Source: a virus | Lineage: Duplodnaviria > Caudoviricetes | Reading direction: 5' to 3' (one strand) | Virus record (IMG/VR): IMGVR_UViG_3300006903_000014 | Location: 1-55,018 of that record | Length of the DNA stretch: 55,018 bases | Part shown: one piece after another, positions 1 through 8,676 of the stretch | Layout: each line of letters starts with the position of its first letter | How positions within the stretch are numbered: position 1 is the stretch's first letter | Program-made: the position numbers and the translations under genes | Notes under the pieces: generated by a model | Seen by the model: only the letters and a program-made list of their open reading frames with translations | The model's database searches: none | What the model was told of the DNA's origin: nothing

Positions 1-421
1 GTCCCGCGTCCTGTGATCCCGTACACTTTTCACCCCCGGGGTGCTCGAGCGATCGAACGGGCTGGCGACCGAAGCCCCCGTCGCGCGTCGCGGTCTTGCT
101 GCTGTGATGCGAATGGCAGAGCGCCTGTAGATTGGAACGATCGAGCCTGGCCCCGCCCTGTCGCATCGGCACGATGTGGTCCACGTCCTCACTTGCTACC
201 TGTGCCCCCCCCCTGAGGCATGTCCTGCAGCATGGCTCCTCGGCGAGCACCCGCTCCACCAGGGCACGCCACTCCGCCCCATATCCCCTGGCCGTGGCCG
301 AGGGACGTGGCGCCCTGGTGCTGGCTATGCGTGCGGCACAGGGGTCGCACCGTAGCCCCCTGGTGGGGAAGTTGGGACACTGACCCTCGCAGCACCGGCG
401 CCTGGCGGCCCAGGGGCTCAC
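1..421 (-). CDS. HNH endonuclease, HK97 gp74-like packaging accessory (3' end runs off the window)
   Basis: Own translation from GTG at 421 (overlaps TGA of upstream gene): MSPWAARRRCCEGQC...RGYGAEWRALVERVLAEEPCCRTC...VDHIVPMRQGG...SNLQALCHSHHSSKT...DGGFG. Absent from the ORF track because there is no stop in the window. Confidence 0.9.
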   Translation of the reverse strand, partial: MSPWAARRRCCEGQCPNFPTRGLRCDPCAARIASTRAPRPSATARGYGAEWRALVERVLAEEPCCRTCLRGGAQVASEDVDHIVPMRQGGARLDRSNLQALCHSHHSSKTATRDGGFGRQPVRSLEHPGGEKCTGSQDAG

Positions 422-621
422 GTCTCCCGGACCCCCATGTCGCACCACCTGTAGCCGTAGCCATCGCTCCTGTCGCTCCCCCACCAGCACTCGGCGCAGG
501 GCCATGGTGGCTCGGGGTCGTCGGCCCCCCTCTGGTGGGAACCGAGCGGATGTCCGCAATCGGGGCATGGTCCGAGCTGTTCGAGGGGCGAATCGTCGAA
601 CGCGTGGAACTGCGGGGTCAT
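418..621 (-). CDS. Small Cys-rich (zinc-finger-like) protein
   Basis: ATGA overlap at 618-621; CPDCGH...CAEC...C motif. Confidence 0.6.
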   Translation of the reverse strand: MTPQFHAFDDSPLEQLGPCPDCGHPLGSHQRGADDPEPPWPCAECWWGSDRSDGYGYRWCDMGVRET

Positions 622-887
622 CTCTTGCCCGCGACCAGGGTCACATGCACGCCGCAGAAGCACGGGCCCTTCGTGCGTCTACATCGGGCAACGATCTTCT
701 CGTAGCGCTGCAGGAGGGATTCGTCTGGGCGAGACGCCTCGGGCGCGATCCGCTCCAGCCCCCCCTCGAGCAGGTGCCTCACGAATGCGCTCCTGGACCA
801 CCCCAGGGCACGCGCCCTGGAGCTCAACCGCGCGCGCAGGTCCTCGGGCACCGATGTCCCCAGGGGCACGAGCCTAAGCGTCTCCAC
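618..887 (-). CDS. Ribbon-helix-helix (CopG/Arc-like) DNA-binding protein
   Basis: AGAGGG RBS then GTG at 887; LGTSVPEDLRARLSSRARALGWSRSAFVRHLLEGGL is an RHH pattern. Confidence 0.65.
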   Translation of the reverse strand: METLRLVPLGTSVPEDLRARLSSRARALGWSRSAFVRHLLEGGLERIAPEASRPDESLLQRYEKIVARCRRTKGPCFCGVHVTLVAGKR

Positions 888-1211
888 GTTCCCTCTTGCG
901 CGCCAGCTTGCGCATCGACGTCTCGTGGGCGCAGAATCGGAGAGGTCCTGCAGGCAGGCGGCGTCGAGAACCACGTGGCCGTTCGGGCAAAAGGTGTATC
1001 TCCGCCAAGGGCAGTGCCAGCAGATACGGCCCAGCTCGCAGTTCCCATCAAGCGATCGAACTAGCCAGACCACGGTGCGCCGTCGGGGGTCGCGCGGCAT
1101 CTCGTCGTACGTCATGAAGCCGCCCACCAGGCCCGCCCCCGCCCCGCGCCCACGCTCTGCCCGACCGGGCGCGACCACGAGCGTTCCCGCCACGCGCGAC
1201 CGCCTGTTCAC
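874..1211 (-). CDS. Conserved phage hypothetical protein, apparently frameshifted near 935
   Basis: GTGA overlap at 1208-1211; TVVWLV...LGRICW...WRRYTFCP...CLQDLSD. Adding one base at ~935 gives DFCAHETS...* ending at TAG 874-876. Confidence 0.5.
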
Positions 1212-1783
1212 AGCCACAAGTGCTCCGTAACCCTGGCCAGCTTCGCGTCCGGGAGCGCCAGCAGCGCGGCCCGCGCATCCTTCTCCCGGCTGAACCGCAC
1301 GGCCTGGTAGGCGTCCTCGGTCCATAGCTCGGATGTTCCCTCCTGCTTGCCCGCCCACCACAGGGGCATCACGTCACACTGTGTGCATTCGATGAGCCAC
1401 GAGGTCTCGCTGTGGCCCAGATCCACGGGCGCGCCGCACTCGGCCAGGAACTCGATGGCGCGCCTCAGCTCCGCCGGATTCGCCTCTCGGCCGCAGTGCT
1501 CCACGAAGCGCCGGAACTCGTTGGCGATCGCGATCTGCCTATAGCGGGGCATAAACTTCACGGGCCCCGTGACCGCGCCCGGCTCCGTGAAGACGAGGAC
1601 CAGTTCCGAGCTGAAAGCGTCGTACGTAGCCCCATGAAGGATCGCCCCCGGCGGCAGAGACGGCCCAGCCGGATCAATCTCATACGCATGGAGCATCGCA
1701 TTGCCCCCCTCGGATCGGTCCCGCCTGTCGCGCGCGCGCAGCAGGCCCTCCACCAGCTCGCTCGATATCCTCAGCTCCAGCAA
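1208..1783 (-). CDS. Hypothetical protein
   Basis: Coupled ORF with protein-like composition; C-terminal WLIE..WWAG..WT.DA..AVRF.R..DA..TEH.W segment. Confidence 0.6.
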   Translation of the reverse strand: MLELRISSELVEGLLRARDRRDRSEGGNAMLHAYEIDPAGPSLPPGAILHGATYDAFSSELVLVFTEPGAVTGPVKFMPRYRQIAIANEFRRFVEHCGREANPAELRRAIEFLAECGAPVDLGHSETSWLIECTQCDVMPLWWAGKQEGTSELWTEDAYQAVRFSREKDARAALLALPDAKLARVTEHLWL

Positions 1784-2193
1784 TTGAGGTCTCCTCCCCC
1801 CCGGCGACGGCGCGTCAGGTTCGCGCTGTCCTCGTAGTCAAGGACCAGCAGGCTGTCGGCCGGGATCCGCTCCGATCGCCCGCTCCTGACCTTCCAGAAG
1901 ACGAACGGCAGCAGTGGCCTCCAGCGCGCCGGTGCGCCGTGCTCCGCCGAGTACCAGATCGCGCCCTCGCCGAACATGCTCCCGACCCGATAGCGGAGCG
2001 GCACGTCGTCCGGCTCCACGCAGGGCCGCGTCGCCGTGCCGAGCCAGAACGCCGGCCGGCCCACGCGCGCGTAGTAGTAGGCGCCGTCCTCGGAGTACAC
2101 CACCGTGACGCGCCGATAGGCACGAAGGCGGTCCCCCGCCCAGCGGACGAGGGACCGGACGAACTCTCGAAACCCGGTGGCGCCAGGCTTCAT
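1771..2193 (-). CDS. Hypothetical protein
   Basis: ATGA overlap at 2190-2193; aromatic-rich globular sequence. Confidence 0.55.
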   Translation of the reverse strand: MKPGATGFREFVRSLVRWAGDRLRAYRRVTVVYSEDGAYYYARVGRPAFWLGTATRPCVEPDDVPLRYRVGSMFGEGAIWYSAEHGAPARWRPLLPFVFWKVRSGRSERIPADSLLVLDYEDSANLTRRRRGGGDLNCWS

Positions 2194-2339
2194 TTTGGCG
2201 GCGTGGGATCGCAACCGTGCCCGTTGTCCGGCGTGCAGCCGTCGTACTGCGGCGCCGGTCGGGCGGGCTCGACCTGATGGGTCACCTGCGCCGGGCCAGA
2301 CGCCCAGAGCAGCCAGAGGGACAGGAACAGTCGCAGCAT
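2190..2339 (-). CDS. 49-aa putative secreted peptide with two cysteines
   Basis: Own translation MLRLFLSLWLLWASGPAQVTHQVEPARPAPQYDGCTPDNGHGCDPTPPK*; AGGAG upstream; stop overlaps the next ATG. Confidence 0.6.
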   Translation of the reverse strand: MLRLFLSLWLLWASGPAQVTHQVEPARPAPQYDGCTPDNGHGCDPTPPK

Positions 2340-2343
2340 CTTC

Positions 2344-2937
2344 TCACTCTCCTTTGGGCTCGTGGCCCCCGGGCGAGCCTGAGCCCGGTATGTCCTTGGA
2401 GAGGCGCACGACGTCGACGTCGAAGCCGGCGTCTACGACAAGCACGGGCACCCGCCAGCCGAGGCGATCTGCGAAACGCTTTACCAGCGCCTCCGTCCGC
2501 TCGATCGCCTCGTGGCTCAGGTGCTCCCTGGAGCGCAGCACGAGGGCGTCTCCGATCGACAGGACCAGCGGCCTCAGCGCCCCATCGACCCGCTCGCGCT
2601 CGGCCGTCTCGGCCACGTCGCGTGCGCAGAGCGCGCAGGTCCCATTTGGTGCGATCCAGTCCGGGTCCGGCGGCCCGTGGGGGTGATCTCCGCTCGCGTT
2701 CGCGGTCGGTTGATGCTGGAGCCCGCGATAGAGCGCGTGATCGAGTCGTGGGGCAGCCTGGCTCATCTCCCAGCGCTCCTGCTCTCGCTCGGCCTCCCCG
2801 AAGGCGACCAGCTCGGCCCGCAGCATCGCGCAGAGCCGATGGGCCAGCATCTTGCTGTTGACGTGGACGTGGTCCCCGTAGGCGATCTTGCGGGCCACCT
2901 CGTCCGCTCGCGCCACGGTGCTCGCCCTGTGCTCCAT
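2344..2937 (-). CDS. Hypothetical protein
   Basis: GGAGG RBS; fits the operon tiling. Confidence 0.55.
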   Translation of the reverse strand: MEHRASTVARADEVARKIAYGDHVHVNSKMLAHRLCAMLRAELVAFGEAEREQERWEMSQAAPRLDHALYRGLQHQPTANASGDHPHGPPDPDWIAPNGTCALCARDVAETAERERVDGALRPLVLSIGDALVLRSREHLSHEAIERTEALVKRFADRLGWRVPVLVVDAGFDVDVVRLSKDIPGSGSPGGHEPKGE

Positions 2938-2951
2938 CTCTCACCTCCCCC

Positions 2952-3440
2952 TCAGCCTTCGTCGTCGACCTGGACCCGGTCCGCCGGTCTCGGGACGCGA
3001 TCGCCCTCGAGAACGTGCCTCAGCAGGCCCCGCGCGCGGTCGATGGCGCCCGGATCGTTCCACTCGAGGCAGCGGCCGCTCGGATGCGGCAGCCGGTAGG
3101 CCGTGAAGCATCCCCGCGAGCCGCTGAGGGCGCTGCCCCAGACGGCGCCCGTGAACACCGAGAAGTCCGCGCCGAACGCCTGCGCCACCTTGGAGCCCAG
3201 CAGGATCAGCGTCCGCGGCTCCCCCGCCAGGATCAAGGCGGACCGCGCGCGCGCCCGCACGAGGTCCCACGGCCCCTCGCACAGGTTCACGCGATCGAAC
3301 GTGCGCAGGTACTCGCGCTCGGTCAAGCCCAGGATCTTGAAGCACAGCCTCCAGCCGGCGCAGCCCTTGGGCAGCGGGTAGAGCGCATAGCGCGGGTCTA
3401 GCGAGCGCGGGTTATCCTCGCCGATGAGCAGGGGCTTCAC
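2952..3440 (-). CDS. Uracil-DNA glycosylase superfamily protein
   Basis: LLIGEDNP, VNLC, LILLG..VAQAFG and LPHPSGR motifs. Confidence 0.75.
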   Translation of the reverse strand: MKPLLIGEDNPRSLDPRYALYPLPKGCAGWRLCFKILGLTEREYLRTFDRVNLCEGPWDLVRARARSALILAGEPRTLILLGSKVAQAFGADFSVFTGAVWGSALSGSRGCFTAYRLPHPSGRCLEWNDPGAIDRARGLLRHVLEGDRVPRPADRVQVDDEG

Positions 3441-3730
3441 TGACGCCGCTTCCGGCCCTCGGCCTCGCGCTCGAGGCGCGCCGCCCGGTCCGCCCGCGCG
3501 AGCGTCTCATCGTCGAATTGATCGAGGTCCCTACCGGCCTGCAACACCTCGTCCAGCGCGGCGCCGTCTCGCGGCGGCGACGGCGGGACGGGAGTGCAGC
3601 CCGGAATGTAGCGCGGCGCATTGGTGCCCCTCTCGTCGGAGATGGGCGTGCTGGGCGGTCCGCCATGGCGATAGACGTCCCGGATGACGAGCCCCAGCGC
3701 GAGGACGAGCAAACCGGCGATCACGATCAT
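3437..3730 (-). CDS. Membrane-anchored hypothetical protein
   Basis: GGAGG RBS; N-terminal hydrophobic helix MIVIAGLLVLALGLVI. Confidence 0.6.
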   Translation of the reverse strand: MIVIAGLLVLALGLVIRDVYRHGGPPSTPISDERGTNAPRYIPGCTPVPPSPPRDGAALDEVLQAGRDLDQFDDETLARADRAARLEREAEGRKRRQ

Positions 3731-3734
3731 GGCG

Positions 3735-4619
3735 TCACCTCCCCTTTTTGCTATCTCCGAGCAGCTTCTGCAGCCCGGCGCTCCGGACGTCCTTGACCTG
3801 CTCGAGGCGCAGGCCGTATTCATTGGGCGCCGCGTCCACGACCGCTCCCGGCTTGAGCCTCAGCGGCGTGTCGAAGCCCCGCCAGGCGCCGCGGATCACG
3901 TGCTGAGGCCTCTTGAAGCGCCTCTTGGTAGCGACCACGTACGGCCAGACCCGCTCCAGGCTGCGCGCCATCCGCAGCCGGCCGTCTCCCTGGTAGAGCT
4001 GGTCCGTGTTGCCCCCCCGCATCGTCATCGTGTGGAGCTTGTTCGCCATGAAGACGTTGATCAGGGCCGTACACCAGCCGCTAGAGAGGACCTGAAGGCA
4101 CAGGTCGGTGTCCTCGTTGTACCGACCGCGCCAGCGGAACGGCAGGCTGTTCATAATCAGGATGCAGGAATAGACATGCACGTTCAGGTAGAACGGCGGC
4201 GCGCTCTGGATGCAGAACATCTGATAGTTCAGGCCCGCCATTGCGAGGTTCTCGTAGCGGTCCGCGAAGTCCTCGCACGCCGCCAGCGCCGGCCCGGAGT
4301 CGCACATCAGCCGCCGACCTCGCCACCACCTCCGGATGTAGCGGATGTTGTCGTCCAGGATCCAGTGGCGCTCCGCCCCCGACGCGACCGCGTGGCCCCA
4401 GATCCAATTGCGGGCCGGAGTCGAGCCCAGACCGAGATTCGAGAACGGCAGCACGAGCAGCGAGTCCTCGCCCCACGCGGCCGCGTACGCCTCGCGCTCC
4501 TGCGGCTCGACGACCAGCTTGAACGGCACGCCGTCCGCCCGCAGGAACCGCGCCGTCAGCGCGAGCGCGCGCTCCGAACGCCCCTTGGACGGCACGTAGA
4601 TGGGATAGCGCGGGTTCAC
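3735..4619 (-). CDS. TET-associated/GREB1-like GT-A glycosyltransferase (putative DNA base modification)
   Basis: True start GTG 4619 (GTGA overlap); YPIYVPSKGR, ARNWIW, HWILDDNI, YSCILI, WRGRYNEDTDL, GGNT motifs. Confidence 0.85.
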   Translation of the reverse strand: MNPRYPIYVPSKGRSERALALTARFLRADGVPFKLVVEPQEREAYAAAWGEDSLLVLPFSNLGLGSTPARNWIWGHAVASGAERHWILDDNIRYIRRWWRGRRLMCDSGPALAACEDFADRYENLAMAGLNYQMFCIQSAPPFYLNVHVYSCILIMNSLPFRWRGRYNEDTDLCLQVLSSGWCTALINVFMANKLHTMTMRGGNTDQLYQGDGRLRMARSLERVWPYVVATKRRFKRPQHVIRGAWRGFDTPLRLKPGAVVDAAPNEYGLRLEQVKDVRSAGLQKLLGDSKKGR

Positions 4620-5719
4620 TCGCCCTCGCCGTCGGTCGCGACCGGCGCCGGCTCCGCGCCCGACCTGAAGCGGAGCGACACGAGGTCCTCGCGCTCCCTC
4701 TCCGGCCACCAGATCGACCAGACGGCCCCGTTCTTCTTGCTTACCACCGTGGCTCCGATCTGCTCCATGAAGCGTGCCCGGTCGCCCTCGTTGTCGAACT
4801 GGACGACGAGGCGCTGGACCTGCCCCGCGGGCTCGTATTCGGGCAGGCCCGCCCACGCGGCGGCGGCGTCCTTGTCGCGCAGCTCGCCCGCCGGCCGCGT
4901 GGTCAGCGCGAGGGCCGCGAGCTGGTTCCCGTCGAAGCCGGTCCCCTCGAGCCCGCCGTCTCCCATCAGTTCCTTCAGCAGCTCGGTGAGCGCGCGGTCG
5001 TCCACCTCGGCCAGGTTGCGGATTTCGTTCTCGCTCTCCATGATCCGGAGCGCGCGCGGATCCTCGGGTCCGACCGCGATGCGAACCGCCGGCACGCGCT
5101 CTAGCCCCATCGACTGCGCCGCCTCGACGACGCCGTGGCCCACCAGGATCGTGCCGTCCCGCGCCACCACGATGTTGCGGAAGAACCCGTGTCGCGTGAT
5201 GCTCGCGACCAGGTGCGCTATCTGATCCGCCGGGTGCTTCCGGTAGTTGCGCGGGTGGGGCTTGAGGTCCCTCAGCGCCACGGAGCGGGTCTCCGCGAGC
5301 CCCTCGAAGCCCCACGTCTCCAGGTCGGTCCACTCGTAGAAGTCGGCCAGCTTGTCGTAGTCCCAGTCGCCCGCGTTGCGGTTCAGCCGGACGTTCAGCT
5401 CCTCGACCTCTCCGGGCTCGAGCTGGCGCGAGGGCACGCGCACGTCGACCAGGGCGCCGGGCTCCACGATGGACTGCGCCAGGAGCACCCGCCTCCGCAT
5501 GTGCCCGCCGAGGACGGTCCCGTCCAGGTTCACGGCGATCGGCTCGACGTAGCCGAACCGCCGCAGGCTCTCCGCGAGGTCCGCGGCCTGGCGCTCCGTG
5601 AGCTGGCGCGGGTTCCGCTCCCACTCGACGAGGCTCGACAGCGGCCGCTGCTCCGTGTGCCACTCGATCGCCGCGCGGGTCGGCCGAGCCCTGGCGACCG
5701 GCTTCCTGCGGGGGCTCAC
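4616..5719 (-). CDS. Protein with two tandem ParB/Sulfiredoxin-like domains plus a C-terminal domain
   Basis: NPR...SLRRFGYVEPIAVN..GTVLGGHMR and HPRNYRKH...SITRHGF..NIVV..DGTILVGHG; C-terminal W.GLPEY..LVVQF..SIWWP. Confidence 0.85.
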   Translation of the reverse strand: MSPRRKPVARARPTRAAIEWHTEQRPLSSLVEWERNPRQLTERQAADLAESLRRFGYVEPIAVNLDGTVLGGHMRRRVLLAQSIVEPGALVDVRVPSRQLEPGEVEELNVRLNRNAGDWDYDKLADFYEWTDLETWGFEGLAETRSVALRDLKPHPRNYRKHPADQIAHLVASITRHGFFRNIVVARDGTILVGHGVVEAAQSMGLERVPAVRIAVGPEDPRALRIMESENEIRNLAEVDDRALTELLKELMGDGGLEGTGFDGNQLAALALTTRPAGELRDKDAAAAWAGLPEYEPAGQVQRLVVQFDNEGDRARFMEQIGATVVSKKNGAVWSIWWPEREREDLVSLRFRSGAEPAPVATDGEGE

Positions 5720-6027
5720 GCGAGGGTGATCTTGGCGCCGAGGCGATTGGAGAGGCGCGCCTCGTACCGCTCACGCTCGCGCTCCGCCTGGTCGGCCTGC
5801 GCCCGCACGTACTCTTCGGGGGTGATGATCCCCTTCTCGATGAGAAGCGCCGCCAGTGCCGCCTGACCGCATAGCGCCAGGTTCACCCCAACTCGCAGGT
5901 GCTTGGGCGTGGTCTCGCCGCTCGCTGCCCCCTGGCCGCGCGTGTTCAGCTCCATCTCCATCGCCACGCCCGACTGAATCGCGTGGCACGCCGCCTCGTA
6001 TCGCTTCTGGTCCTTGCTCTCCGCCAT
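5716..6027 (-). CDS. Conserved phage hypothetical protein
   Basis: HAIQSGVA...ETTPKHLRVGVN...LLIEKGIIT.EEY. Confidence 0.7.
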   Translation of the reverse strand: MAESKDQKRYEAACHAIQSGVAMEMELNTRGQGAASGETTPKHLRVGVNLALCGQAALAALLIEKGIITPEEYVRAQADQAERERERYEARLSNRLGAKITLA

Positions 6028-6030
6028 CGC

Positions 6031-6273
6031 TCAGCTCGCCTTTCCAGCCAGGGCCTGGAGCACGGGGTCCGGCCTCGGCTCGTTATCCTTCCGGTTCGGG
6101 AACAGCATGAAGTCGATGACCCAGAGGCCGGCCGCTCGCACGGATGGGAAGCCGCCACAGCCGAATGCCCAGCTGCCGTCCTGCGTGCTGTAGAAGGACG
6201 CGCGCCACTGCCCCTTGACCTCGCCGTCGGGCTCGATCCGCCAGCCGCCGCGCGGCCTCTTGGTGCGCTCCAT
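6031..6273 (-). CDS. Hypothetical protein
   Basis: ATG at 6273; fits the tiling. Confidence 0.5.
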   Translation of the reverse strand: MERTKRPRGGWRIEPDGEVKGQWRASFYSTQDGSWAFGCGGFPSVRAAGLWVIDFMLFPNRKDNEPRPDPVLQALAGKAS

Positions 6274-6305
6274 GCGATCGCCGCCCCCCGGCGGCCGGCC
6301 CGCTT

Positions 6306-6881
6306 CTACTGCGCGAAGATGACGCGCAGGAGCGGGTGCAGCTCGACGCCGTTCTTCGGCGCCCCCGTCTGTCCGTGCAGCCTGTCGTAGAACGCCACGC
6401 CCTCGAGCGTCACGCGCCGACCCACCAGGGCCCTCAGCGTCCCCTCGGTCAGGTCCCCGCCCGCGACCGCCACCAGCCTCGCGCGGGCCCGGATGATCTC
6501 GTTGAGCGTCCTCGAGCCCCTGGCGCACGCCGGGTCCACCAATTCGGCCACGAGGCTCGGACCCCTGCACCGACGCGAGCGCGCGTCCCACGCGGCCGGC
6601 TCGCACGCGCAGACGTGGACGTCCCGGTCGTCCTCGATCTTGGCGCAGGAGATGATCGCCGCCACCTGGTAGACCCTGAACTCCTCGCGGCCCGGCGCGC
6701 CCCGCGCCTCCCAGCCGACCACCGGCGGATCCGGGGCCGGCAGCGAGGCCAGGTGGTCCACGGACGTCTCGGCCGGACGCAGGTCCACGCGCCCGGCCTT
6801 CTCGTCGCTCATGCGCTTGACGTCGGAGCGCTCGACTCCGCAGGACGCCGCCGCCGCCAGCAGGAGCGCGGCGGTGATCAC
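6306..6881 (-). CDS. Secreted/lipoprotein, possible OB-fold
   Basis: GTG 6881; signal/lipobox-like LLLAAAASC; CGVER..VK...D, EDDRDVH and G..FYD..HGQTG...NGVELHP motifs. Confidence 0.7.
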   Translation of the reverse strand: MITAALLLAAAASCGVERSDVKRMSDEKAGRVDLRPAETSVDHLASLPAPDPPVVGWEARGAPGREEFRVYQVAAIISCAKIEDDRDVHVCACEPAAWDARSRRCRGPSLVAELVDPACARGSRTLNEIIRARARLVAVAGGDLTEGTLRALVGRRVTLEGVAFYDRLHGQTGAPKNGVELHPLLRVIFAQ

Positions 6882-7435
6882 TTGCCCATCCGGTAGCGGA
6901 CGGCGCCCGGCGTCTTGGACAGGAAGCCCGCGTCGAGGATGCCGAGGTACGACGCGGCGGCGGCGACGAAGAGCAGCACGCGACCCTGGCCCGCGCAGGA
7001 GAGCGAGAGCGACCGGACGGCGAGCGCGACGCAGCTGGACCCGCTGACGTAGACGAACAGCGCGGTGAGGATCGAGGCCAGCGTGCCGGAGTTGTCCGCC
7101 AGCCAGCGATAGACGGGGCTCTCCGCCAGGATCGCGGGGCGGCCCGGGGTGCTGATGGCCTTGTCCGAGAGGCCGATCGCCAGGAGGAACCCGCCGATCC
7201 ATTCGAGCGACGCCTCGAGCCCCGGCGACGCGCCGACGGCGCCGCCCACGTAGCCCACCAGGCCGATGGTCAGGCCGGTCCAGCTCTTCCACCCCTTCAG
7301 CGCGCCCAGCACGCGCTCCAGGAGCGCGCCGTGCTTGCCGGCCTCGCCGTCGCGCAGCCAGCGGATGAGCAGGTTCTCCGCGAGCCCGCGCAGCAGCTTG
7401 TTCGGTACGCCCCAGATAGCTCTCAGGATCCCCAC
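6878..7435 (-). CDS. Multi-pass membrane protein (holin-like)
   Basis: About 4 hydrophobic helices; LKGWKSWTGL motif as in some holins; GGAGG RBS. Confidence 0.6.
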   Translation of the reverse strand: MGILRAIWGVPNKLLRGLAENLLIRWLRDGEAGKHGALLERVLGALKGWKSWTGLTIGLVGYVGGAVGASPGLEASLEWIGGFLLAIGLSDKAISTPGRPAILAESPVYRWLADNSGTLASILTALFVYVSGSSCVALAVRSLSLSCAGQGRVLLFVAAAASYLGILDAGFLSKTPGAVRYRMGK

Positions 7436-7446
7436 GGCTCCCCTCC

Positions 7447-7725
7447 CTATTCCGCGCCGCCCTCGGCGCCCGGCTCCGTCGGCCCACCCGAGTCGCCGGT
7501 CTCGTCCGGCGCGGGTCTGTCCTTCGCCTTACCCTTGCCCTTAGCCTTGGTGGGCTTGACGGGCGCGCAGCCCTCGGGCAGGACCTCGCCCTCGGCCGGC
7601 TTGCACAGCCCCTCGGCGATCAGGGCGGCCGCGTCGCGCGGGTCGCCCACGTCGATGATCCCGGGCTGAAGCGAGTAGCCCGTGCCGTCGTGGAACATCG
7701 GCTCCCCGTCGTAGGTCAGCTTCAT
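7447..7725 (-). CDS. Hypothetical protein
   Basis: GGAG RBS; short domain plus Lys/Gly low-complexity tail. Confidence 0.6.
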   Translation of the reverse strand: MKLTYDGEPMFHDGTGYSLQPGIIDVGDPRDAAALIAEGLCKPAEGEVLPEGCAPVKPTKAKGKGKAKDRPAPDETGDSGGPTEPGAEGGAE

Positions 7726-7727
7726 CG

Positions 7728-7979
7728 CTACTCGCTCCTCTCCGGCCAGTGCCAGGTGCCGGGTGCCTGCTGCTCGTCGTGGCCCACCCCGCCCTTCGAC
7801 TCGAGGTCGGCCGGCAGCTCTCGGAAGTGTATGCCCGTCGGGTTCAGGACCGCCAGCCCGACGCGTTCGTCATCGTCCAGGCCGGTGACCTCGGTCACGA
7901 TCGCGGCGCGGCAGGCGCTGGGATATGGTCCGCCGCCGACGGAGACGTAGTGGACCACGCGTCCGACCGTCGGCCTCAT
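7728..7979 (-). CDS. Conserved phage protein (PTVGRVVHY...RAAIVTEV...GTWHWPER type)
   Basis: ATGA overlap; recognisable motif set. Confidence 0.75.
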   Translation of the reverse strand: MRPTVGRVVHYVSVGGGPYPSACRAAIVTEVTGLDDDERVGLAVLNPTGIHFRELPADLESKGGVGHDEQQAPGTWHWPERSE

Positions 7980-8209
7980 CGCCCCCCCCTCAGGAGCGCG
8001 TCGGGCACCACTGGCCCGGCGATCCCGCCCGGCACGAAGCCCGCGCCGTTGCGCGGGACCATCACGTGGGCCGCCGCGTTCGCGCGCTCGATCGCCGCGA
8101 GGCGAGCGTCGATGGCTCCGATCAGTCGCAGCAGGCGCCGCAGCTCCACCAGGCAGCTCACGCCCAGCGCCAGCAGGCCGAGCGCCGCGACCCCGCACGC
8201 CGCGATCAC
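7976..8209 (-). CDS. Small membrane protein with a coiled coil
   Basis: GTGA overlap; TM helix then LRRLLRLIGAIDARLAAIE. Confidence 0.55.
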   Translation of the reverse strand: MIAACGVAALGLLALGVSCLVELRRLLRLIGAIDARLAAIERANAAAHVMVPRNGAGFVPGGIAGPVVPDALLRGGR

Positions 8210-8541
8210 TTGCCGCTCCACGACAGCTCGAACCCGGCCTCGGCCTGCGGCTTCGCCCCGCGCTCCCACTCGACGCCGAACAGGCCCTCGAGCTTGAACC
8301 CGCGGCCGAAGCGCTTCACGCCCACGATCTGCGCGTCCCCCCGTGGCTTGCCGTCGAGACCGATCCCGCCGTGGAACTTCACGTCGAGGTAGGGGTGCTC
8401 CTCGTCCGCCAGCGCGACGGCGCGGTCCCACGAGGCCTGCAGCTCGCTGTCCTTGAAGTGGACCAGCCCGTCGTGGGTCAGGGCCATCCCCGGCGGGAGC
8501 GTCGTCGGCAGGCTCGGCAGCGGCGCGGACGAATCGGTCAT
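8206..8541 (-). CDS. Hypothetical protein
   Basis: AAGGGGG RBS; C-terminal beta-strand-like alternating pattern ending FELSW. Confidence 0.6.
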   Translation of the reverse strand: MTDSSAPLPSLPTTLPPGMALTHDGLVHFKDSELQASWDRAVALADEEHPYLDVKFHGGIGLDGKPRGDAQIVGVKRFGRGFKLEGLFGVEWERGAKPQAEAGFELSWSGK

Positions 8542-8553
8542 TGGATTCCCCCT

Positions 8554-8676
8554 TTACCAGAACCGGCCGCGGCGGGCCGCTAGGCGGTTGTAAGCCAGGC
8601 GTTCATTCTCGCGAAGGTCCCTGTCCAGGCGGGCGAAGATGCGCCGGATTCGACGCGCCGACGGGATCGCGGTCAC
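8554..8676 (-). CDS. Small basic protein
   Basis: GTGA overlap; 40 aa. Confidence 0.4.
   Translation of the reverse strand: MTAIPSARRIRRIFARLDRDLRENERLAYNRLAARRGRFW

Noticed and set aside
1132-1151. G-quadruplex-like motif GGGCGCGGGGCGGGGGCGGG on the minus strand
   Set aside because: Expected by chance at this GC content and lies in coding sequence; no supporting context
4616-5719. ParB as a plasmid partition system
   Set aside because: Only ParB/Srx catalytic-type domains, no HTH and no ParA; coupled to a DNA-modification glycosyltransferase
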